Positions 63,629-64,000 of a stretch of 64,000 nucleotides of DNA are shown piece after piece. This DNA is from Oopsacas minuta (lineage: Eukaryota; Animalia; Porifera). Below the pieces are notes generated by a model. That model was not told the origin of the DNA. It was given only the letters and a program-made list of their open reading frames with translations, and did no database searches. The translations under genes were made by a program, and so were the position numbers. Numbering within the stretch: the first letter of the stretch is position 1; every line of letters starts with the position of its first letter. The stretch lies in contig JAKMXF010000306.1 in assembly GCA_024704765.1 (NCBI GenBank), forward strand, positions 124,001 to 188,000. Direction: 5' to 3'.

Positions 63629-64000
63629 TCATCCCAAAGACTTTTCTTTGTCACTTACATTGAGGACATGAGCTCTCAATAGAATGTTAGCTAAAGTAGT
63701 ACATGCAGCCTTATTACCTGCTAAAGGTGCATCTACAAAGGATAATAGCTCAGCAAAATGAAAGCGGCAACGCATTTTAGTCTGGTCATGCAAATTATAG
63801 GCATTGTGTACAAAAAAGACGGTTGACATAGTCGGCACACTCAGTCCACCTCTATTCAAATTATCTAGGAACTCAGATGACACCTCGTTACCATCTTCAT
63901 CACCAATGATCTCCTCCATACTAGTGCTATCACCAAATTTATAAACAAGGTATCCGGCCAAATAAACAACTTTATGCTTAAGGGTATCATCAGACCTCAA
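63629..64000 (-). pseudogene. P-element/THAP9-like transposase C-terminus (runs off the window; intactness unknown)
   Basis: VVYLAGYLVYK and LNRGGLSVPT match the YxAGYvxxK...RGGLxxPS motif of P-element-family C-termini. Confidence 0.62.

Overview
AT-rich (roughly one-third GC by eye) eukaryotic DNA, most likely from an invertebrate animal; the taxon cannot be assigned from sequence alone. It holds one clear host gene, an intronless VPS33B-like Sec1/Munc18 gene (ATG 2698-4470, +). Almost everything else is a dense, heavily nested field of mostly dead DNA transposons. These are four Chapaev3-type elements (CAC..GTG ends, 3-bp TWA TSD), eight Tc1/mariner elements (DD34D x2, DD34E, DD37D x2, DD37E x2, DD41D), a Tigger/pogo plus MITEs, several hAT elements and MITEs, and two Merlin (ISXO2-like) elements. 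There are also remnants of MULE, Transib (RAG1-related), Ginger2/KRBA2-type integrase, piggyBac, P-element, Helitron and possibly LINE sequences. Only one transposase ORF is intact (DD37D/maT, 19363-20391). The most notable structures are a 6.9-kb unit bounded by near-identical 774-bp inverted arms, nested inside a 10.3-kb hAT shell with a perfect 8-bp TSD; an in-frame hAT::Ginger2-integrase fusion; a 542-bp inversion inside a hAT transposase whose restored junctions both read AAG|CAT; and a templated fold-back hairpin at a Chapaev3 deletion junction. I found no convincing new multi-gene system, and no CRISPR array, rRNA or tRNA. All family calls come from recalled motifs and hand alignment, not database searches.
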